Positions 41,201 through 50,200 of a stretch of DNA of 64,000 nucleotides are shown here, in pieces (position 1 is the first letter of the stretch; each line of letters begins with the position of its first letter). Origin of the DNA: Candidatus Omnitrophota bacterium (GTDB lineage Bacteria > Omnitrophota > Omnitrophia > Omnitrophales > Aquincolibacteriaceae); the NCBI GenBank assembly GCA_043821445.1, contig JBDRCT010000049.1, positions 3,872 to 67,871 of the forward strand, in the 5' to 3' direction. Under the pieces are notes generated by a model. That model did no database searches. It had not been told where the DNA came from and saw nothing but the letters and a program-made list of their open reading frames with translations. The translations under genes and the position numbers were made by a program.

Positions 41201-44200
41201 GACGTTCCGGGAATGGCAGCGGGATGCTAAATACATGGAGGCTTTTACCCGAAAATACTTGCGCGCATTGGGGTATCAGATTCGTAGTGAAGACTGGCTT
41301 CGTGGCTTTGCCATTTGGTATGCCGCGCCAGATCACGGCGATCGTCCCTATTGGGAATATCAGGAAGAGATTTACGAGAGATTAGGGGAGTGGGAAGCAA
41401 ATGGCTATATTATAAGATTCTCCGTCCCGATTTTTCCGTTTGGCCGCTCTGAAGTGAGAAATACGTCAGTCCAGGCTGAGCAGCCCAAACATCCCATGTT
41501 TATCACCTTAGAAGTAAATAAAGACCTGCAAGGTTTGGATTTCGGCGATGTTGAAAAAGCAATCGCGAGCGGGAAAATGGCTATTGCTGAAGTTTCGGTT
41601 GATTGGGCAAGGAAAATCAAAGAAACGTATCCCAATGATGTCTACACTATTTTTATAACTCCTTTAAGCGAAAATCAAATCAGAGAAAGAATGCAAGAAA
41701 CGGGACAAACGCGGGATGCCGTTATTTTCGAGGAGATGAGCAGGCGACAAAAAGAACGTGCGCTAGAAAAACCTACCCCTGAAGAGAAACAACTCTCACG
41801 CGCCAAAGGAGCTGTTATCGAAATGGCGAGGCAGAATGAATATAATGCCGTTATTGTCAGTAATGAACTAAAAGATTTAGAAAGAGACGATGTCCGATGG
41901 GCCGGCGATGAAGGAGCTGCAGTGGTTGAGCAGTTTATGGCTGCTGTTGATGCTGCCCGAAAGGCGGGAAAAAAATTAATTCTATATTCGGGTCCTTCCG
42001 CTACCGGAAAATCCCCCTTGTGGAACCAAATACAAAAAAAACACGGCGATCAATTTTCACGCATTGTTCTTTATACAACGCGTGGCCTTCGCCCAGGTGA
42101 AAAAGATGGAGTCGATTTTCATTTCCGTTCCGTTAATGATCTTCAAAATCTGATGAATGAAAAAAATGGTCGATCCGAGGCGCGAGCGTCAGAAGAAACT
42201 CCTGCTGACAGGTTGATCAGTGGTCGCAAATTTACCGTTATCGATGTTGCGGAAAATCCCTATGCTATTAAAGTGATCAGTGATCCCGACTACAAGAGCC
42301 TGATCCTGTATGGGTTCTCGAATGCGGCTCGTGCTCTGGGAGACCTGGTCGTGCCTTTTTTTATCACGAATAAGTTGTCTGTTACCATTGACGGTATTTC
42401 GCAAGATAGTACCGTGATATTACAAAAAAAAGTGATGCCAGCTAGTGATCAATTCCAAACTTATCTGGAAAACAATGACCTGCCAAAAGCGATCGAACTT
42501 CTAAAAAAAATGGTTGAGATCGATCAAGAGATCATGCGCAGGGGATACATCCTCACCGATTTTAAAGTGGAAAACTTTGGCATTACAGCGGATGGTAATG
42601 TGCTTTTGCTCGACCCTACGGGGGTGGTTGATGGGCTTGGTCGCACGCAACCGCCGGAAGATTTCTACCATTATTACAATCAAAACAATTTCTTGTTTGT
42701 AAAAAGTGGAAGTTATCATCGCTTCTATGATGATTACAAGAACAACAAACATGCGAAAGAACTGTTCCAAGCTTTTCGCGATCTCACAGGTGTTGACTTT
42801 ACAGGAATATTACAAACAACAAAAATGAATGTGATGATTGCCTTGGCTCTCTCGGAATCTTTTGACCCCGATAATCCATTTAGCAAGCATGTTCAGCACG
42901 CGAGGCACTACCTGGAAGGGTTGACGCCCTTTGCCGCATTGTCCCAGCAACTTAAAGAGCCGGTTGCTATGCCTGCCATCCAAGTTGAAGCGGAAAGTTC
43001 TTTGCGGGGGTTTTTAGGCCATGAACAAAGGCGGGAATTTAATTTACAAGACTTGTCCATTTGGAACGAAGAAAAAGCGATCAATATTCATGTCCCTTTA
43101 CAGGAAACTAAACTTGTAACTATCGAATCCCGCTCTGAAGTGAGGGACACTCAGACCACTCCGAGCCGTTCTGCCGCGAGACAGACAGCTCAGATCGGCA
43201 GGACGTGGAAGGATTTATTCAAAGAAAATTTCAATTGGGGTATTGAAGAGGGCCTGATCACGGCGGGGTTCAGCATCGGACTCTACGCCGGACTTTTTGG
43301 CCTACCGTTTTTAATGCCATTAGGACTCAATCCCGCCCATACGGCGCTCATCGGTACCTTGCTTGGGGGCGCTCTTTATCCTGCTGTTGTCGCTGTCCGT
43401 GCAAAGTGGTTGCAAGCTGCAAAGACGGAAGATGCGGGGGGATTTGATGTAAAGACATTCGTTGATACGCTTTTAGAAGCCTCCCGGGAAGCGCGAAGCC
43501 TTTTTGATTCGGAGCAATTGGATCTTGCAAATAATATTGAGAGCATTGTATTCCCGAGAATAAGGGCGAGGAAGCTTACGTACGCCCAGCGTGCTGCTGC
43601 GAAAGCGGAGTTGAATGGCAGGTTGCAACGGGTGAAAGAAGAGATCGCTCAGATGGAGACGAGCGGAAATTTATCGGGTAATTCCCAATCTGTATTAAAT
43701 GCCCGTTTGAGGGAGATCGAGAATTCATCGAGTGATTTCGAGGCCGCATTAACTTTCCGCTCGGAAATAAGGCAGATCCTTGAGGCATTGAGAAAAGAAA
43801 AACACGTTGCGGGTGTTATAAGCACGTTTATTTTTGGGTTGGCCGGGTTTCTTTTTGGAATTTATCAGGGGATATCATTTTTTTCAAGATCAAATATCAG
43901 GCCGTATAGTACGGATGACGTATTTTGGATGGCTATTTTTGTGCTATTGGGGGGAGAATTATTAGGCGTCGCCGGTGGGATTATTGGCCTCGCCGTTTAT
44001 GGCGTTGTTTATGCCGGATTTTCTATCGTTCGTCTCGTTGTGCACGCTTTTTGGAGCGTGGCGGGTTCGGTGAGACGTAGTGGATATAGAGCGGGAAGGG
44101 GACTTGCGGGGGAAGAACGTACGACAGGTCATGCTCCGAAACGCTCGGAAGTGAAGGTTACGGAGAGGGAATTCCAGAGGGCATTGAAGGACCTGGAGAC

Positions 44201-47200
44201 CGATTGGTTTGACACGTTCTTCATTAAGAACGCAACGCAACGGCGCGTGGGCGCTATCAAAGTCCTCGGTGAGAGCAAAGATCCGCGCGCGGTTCCAGCA
44301 TTGACCGGGTTATTAAAGGATGCCGCGGTCCGTTCGTCCGCCGCTGAAACGCTCACTTCTATTAGATCCAGCGTTCCCGCGTTGCAGGCCGAAGCCGGGT
44401 TTACAACGGAGGAAGCGGGGATATTCCGCCGGGCAATAGAGGACCTGAAATTCCAATGGACGGATCTTTTCCTGTTTGAGAGAGAAACACGCCGGCGTGT
44501 GGGTGCCGTCAAAAGTCTTGGTGCGATCCAAAATCCGGCGCTCATTCTCGAGTTATACAGTCTTCTGGTGAAAGAGGAAAAAGAAAAATGGGTCAAGACC
44601 GATGAGTGGTTCGCGATCGCGGGAGTCCTTTTGCGAAAAGGGGAAACCCGGATCCTCGAAACAGTTTTTGATTCTCTTACGGATGATATCCCCGTTGTCC
44701 GCAAACGGGCCGCCGATTTTCTCGGGGAAAATCATGTGGTGAGCGCCGTTCCGGCGCTGACCCTTGCTTTGAAAGACAGTTTTGTGAAATTCGCTGCCGC
44801 AGCAGCGATCGAAAAGATCACGGGCACACCGCCGTTCAAGAAAAAGGGAGCCTTCGAATTTTTTGGCGTGAATCCTGTCGTGTTGCCGAGGACGACCTTT
44901 TTTGCTTCAGGGGGCTTGGGTTTTCTTTTCGAATTAAAGCTCATTTCGCCGTTCGTGAAGCCAGGGGACCCCCTTGGGAAAATCGCGGGCCTTCTTCTGT
45001 TGTCCTTGGGAAGCATCATCGGAAGCTATATCCTGATATCGATCGTTCAAAACAGGATCGTCGGCCTTGACCGTCTCGGACGGCCGCTTGTGAAAAAAGA
45101 AAAAGCGTCTGCCCGCTCGGAGGCGCGGAACTTGGCATTGAGCGTGCCGGCAGGGCTTCTCGAAAAGGCTTCCGATTGGTTGCATAGTCCGTGGGGGATC
45201 GTGGACTGGATCGTGGGGGGCGTTCTTTTTGGCATGGCAGCGGCTTTCGCGTTTGCCACCCTTTTGGTGGCCCTTTATACGATCGCTTCTATTTGGACCT
45301 CTTTCCAGAAAAGTGCCATCAGGAGTTTGGAAGAGAAGGAGGGCTTTGCCGCGATAGAGTTTCTGAGGGGCCTGTTGCAGAAAACCAGGGGATTTTCTTA
45401 TCTGATCTTTTCGGATGTTTATAACGAAACCGAACTTGCGGCTATTGCCGCCCTGACACACCTCAATGATTCCTTCTTGACCGGTTTTTTAACTTCGGGC
45501 GAAGGGTTTAACCGGTATCTCCGCGCCAGTGACGAGGTCAAAGCGGCCGTCGACCGCTGGAGTCCTGAAGCGTTCAGCGCCCAGATCCTCCGGAACTTAT
45601 CGTCGAATGATCTTTCACCGGCGCAATTGATTGAGAAAAGGGAGGATCTTGCCGGGCTCGGGATCTTGAGGCCTTTTTTGGTGGCGGCCTTCTCTCATTC
45701 CGATCCCAAGATCCAACGGATGGGGCTGGAAATTTTGGCAGGCTACGAGTTCTTCACGTTTGGCAGGGTGCCCACGGACCATGAAATATTCGATCCGGTG
45801 ATCCGGGAAGCCCTCGAGCCGTTTTTGCAAAAGGCGATCTCCCAGACTTCCGACGACGACCTTTTCGATAAGACAGCGATGATCATGATCCGGCAGGGTC
45901 GTTCCGGTGAGATCGTGCCCGGGGCGCTCCAGAGAATGTCCGCCGGGAACCCGGACCACTTTCCGCTGCTTGTCAAAGAACTTGCGACCGCGGAATATCT
46001 TGACGCGACTTTATTCCATCCCGACTTGAAGATCCGGGCACTGGGGCTAAAAGCCATCGAAGATACCGGTACGGTCGCTGCTCAAGACCAGTATGCTGAG
46101 AAATATCAGGAACAGCTCATTCCATTACTTCAGGATCCGGACAATGATGTTTGCAGCGGGGCAGCTATTTTACTGACCGTCGTGGGTCACGGAAAATCCG
46201 TGCTTCAAGCCGCGGCGTCCAGGAATTGGAACGAATTGCCGGAGCTTGTTAATTATTTTGATCTGCATTGGAAAGAAGCGGTCGAACTCGCCGGGCCCGA
46301 ATCGTTGCCTCTTTTGAAGTTATTGATCGACCGGAGGAAAGCCTGGGCATACGCGGACGACCCGATTGACGGTGTGGATGCCGCTATTCTTGGGAAGAGC
46401 CAGGCAGGATTGAAATTCGACCGGAGCCACATTATCGCTAAAAAAACAGAAGAACTCCGGGAATTGAAAGCAGCGGTGGACCGTTTGTCCGCCCGTTCTG
46501 AGGTCCGCCATTTGCGCCGGTTGGGCGCTCCGGACAGGGACATCGGCGACATCGTGGAAACCGTACGGGAGTCCCTGGACGGGGCAGTGACGGACGATGA
46601 ATCGCTTTGGGCCGCGCAGCAGCGGATGGGGGATTTGCCGGACCTGCTGAAAGGGCCCAGGACCGAACGGGAACTTGGGATCGAGATCGGTGAGTCCTGG
46701 AAAATACCGAATGTTCATTATCAATCCCGCCGTTCCGAAGCCCGTTCCGAAATCAGGGAACGTCTCGCACCGGTTTTCAGGGCTTTTGGGATTGATGAAT
46801 CGAGCGGAAAAACGGAAATTGAAAAAACGAAAAACCAGGCGGACCGATGGTATGTCGAAGGAATGACGCGGCAGCATGTGCATCCCAGAGGTACCGGAAC
46901 TGACGGCGCGGACGATAAGGACGGCCCCTATGCGCCGCTCCACATAAGAAATGAGAAAGGCTCGCTTAGCGAAGTTTCTCACACTGGAAATGCCGTGGTC
47001 ACGGCGATGATGGAGGACCAGGAGTTGCAATCGGTCGGGGTCTATCAACGTGCTTTTCTTGATCATCATCCCCGGGAGCGGGAGTATCTTGAGGCCGCTG
47101 CCAAGACAAATCTCATCTGGAATACGCTCGACGGCGGTATCGGCGAGAGTTTGATGCGTGAGGCGTGGCTTTTGAACAAGGGGCTTCGATCGCGTTTGAA

Positions 47201-50200
47201 GGATATTTTATCTGCGGGTGATAAGGCGGATCCGATCTATCAGGAGGCGTTGGCCGCTCTCAAGGACGCCGAAGAAAGCGGCAAGACGAGGGATATCCTT
47301 GCGGCACTCAGGAAGATCGAGAAGTTGGGCGGTTTTGACCCGCTCCAGATCAAGATGGGAGCGAAAGGAACAGACCTGGGACGCATAGAACAGATCCGTG
47401 ATCATGAGCTCTTCGTCGGAGATGCGGAGGCCCGGTTGCTTTTCATGATAGATCTCGGGCGGAGCGGACAATTCGATAGGGTCGCGTTCCAGCCTCTTGT
47501 GAATGATCCATCGAAGGCCTCTTATATCACATTACTGAAGAAGCCCTGCCTCTGGGACCTTGTTGAGGGACGCCCCCAGCCCAGATCCTATTGGACGGCG
47601 CTCTTGGACGCCGGGGTCAAGGTCATGACAATGGTCGAACAGAAAGAGCTTCCGAAATTTGAGATCGCATTGGGCGAGATCGTTGGATTTCCAACGGCCG
47701 ATGCGAAGGATGCTCGTAAGAGGCAGCCGGGCGGTCATGGGCAGTTAGGGGTCTATTTTGTGGTGGATTTTACGGAAAATGCCCCGGCGAAAGACGGGCG
47801 GCACCATATCCGCTTTTTCGGGAACGGGGACAACCGAAAGGGAAATCCGGAGGCGATCGTGGCCGGGTTCGCGATCGTTGAAAGATTGCCGATCATAAAG
47901 ATCACGACCGCCGCCACCGCGATCGATAAAAAAGGCGGCAAGGAAGTGGTCCGCATCATTCAAAAGCTGGTCCGGGGAGTCAAAAAAATCTTTAATGTTC
48001 TTGATCAATGGGAAGAAATCGATGCCATCAATGCGGGCCAGGAAAAGATCTTTTACGCTGCGGGACAGCGGCACGGTTTTGGCCAGGAAGGCAGGCAGCT
48101 TTTCAATACGAATCTGTTCTATTTTAATATCGATATGCTCCACTCGATCCTGGTCGAGATGCGCCGGATCACGGGAGATGGTGAATTTTTGGACGGGATC
48201 ATGCCCTTCTTATTCGACAAGAGCGCCAAGGCGCAGGAAATTGACGGCAAAAAATACGTTTCGATGGATTCGGCGATCGGGTATGTGGTTCATAAGCTGA
48301 ACACCTTTTACACGACGGATCCCCGCTTTGAATCTCTGAGACAAGAGTACGGTCCCCAGCTTCTCTACTATATAAACTATGGCCGTGATATTTTTGCGCC
48401 CAAGAAAAAAGCAGAGGACCAGTATCTACAAGAAGGAACGGACTATTACGGCCCATTCGATGAAACCATCAAGAATTTCCGCGACGCGGTACCGGGGCTT
48501 ACACCTCCCGGATTCAGTCTTACGGATCCTTTTGAAAAGGACGGAAGTGCCGTGGACAAGAATGGAAATCCTATTGATTCCAAGTTCTGGACCGAAGCCC
48601 AGCATTGGCTGGATTCCTTGGGACTTTCGCGCGTTCGACGAATGACCTCACTGAAGGTGGAGGGCCGCGTGACGCTTCGAAATGCGGAATATATCGGCGA
48701 CGTGGAGATCATCAACCGGTATGGTCGCAAAGACAAATCGAATCGGGCCCAGAGAGTTGTTTTAAGCAGCGGCCAGTACCTTGAGCAGCTCAAAGCGCGC
48801 GGTTTTTGGGCCGATGATCACTTGGTGCTCGAGGATCTCCGCATCACGATCGACGAAGATGGCCGGTTGCTTACGATGGCGATTTCAATGGCCCATACTC
48901 CGGAAGGCGCTTTGAGGATCCGTGATACAGAAGAGGCCATAAAGCTATTTGATGAGTTAGGGGCCCGGGGAGCCAATGTTCGTGTCGGACGCGGTTTCAC
49001 GGTCGAAAGAGGCGGAGAACTCATCATTGATCCCAGGGATTTCGGTCCAGGTGTGGATTTCTTCGTCGAGTCCAACGTGGTGATCGCCAGTGGCGTTACG
49101 ATCAACCTGCAGCTTGACGGGAAAAATCACGTGATAATCGATAGCGGAACTGTTTTTTCCGGTCCGTCCGGGCTCAGACTTGATCTGGTGCTTCAAGAAG
49201 GCGAGTGGCTCCACATTGGTAAGGGTGCTTTACAGGATGTGATCGCCGGGCTAGCGTCGGAAGAAACCCCGAGAGGGAAAACGATGACGCTCTTTCTTCA
49301 TTACCGAGAGCTTGTTAAAGCGGATGAGCTCGAAAGGGCGTTTTCTATCCGTAAGATCATAAACTCATTGGTATCCTACCCTGTGGGGGATGCCGGGATA
49401 TTCCGGAACGCTCAATGGGTAAAGAATCTGATCGACGAATTTGAGAGGACGCCTGGCCACCACTCCCGTTCTGAAGTACGGGGAGCGCTGGGGTGGTTCG
49501 AGAACGGGAGAGTACTGACCTATGAAAGAATGATCGCGGAAAGAAAAAAGGAGATCGATAAGCTCCGGCGGAGCATTACGGATGCCAAAACGCCTGAAGC
49601 GAGACGGCTGGTCCCCGGCTACGAAGCCAGGGTTCGTGACGCCCAGGGAGCTATTACCGGTTATCAGAGGCAATTATTTGCCGCCGCGATTCCCGAACCA
49701 GAAATTCTGGCGCGACTTTTGGCCGTCGTCCCGCCGCAAACACTCTACGATATCTATCAGGCTGCCAGGGCGGTTCTGCCGTTCGATGGGGCCATTCAGC
49801 CGCGGGATATGCTTCGCTTTTTCTATGGGGTGCCGTCTCAGGGTCAGGGCCCGACGATGCAGAACTATGTTTCAGCGATCGGAAATTTTCTCATGGAAAG
49901 ACAGGAAGCGCTGGTGCCTGCTTCGGCCGACGCAAGATCTTTGGAGATGCCGCAAATCCCGCGTGAACCCTTTATTCGTTTCTATCCATTACAACTCGTG
50001 GCTCTGATACAAATGGCTCGTGGGTTCTCACGCGAAACGCTCCTTGAGATGCTCCGCGTTCAAACCGTTCCTGCGGCGGAGCAAGAAAGTTCTCAGGTAG
50101 GGACCGTGAACGGCGCAAAAACAGAGCTCTTTGCTCGTCCGGCGAATGACCAAGTACTGTTTCTCGCTGTTTTTCTCAAGAACTTATTGGCTGCGGTTGA

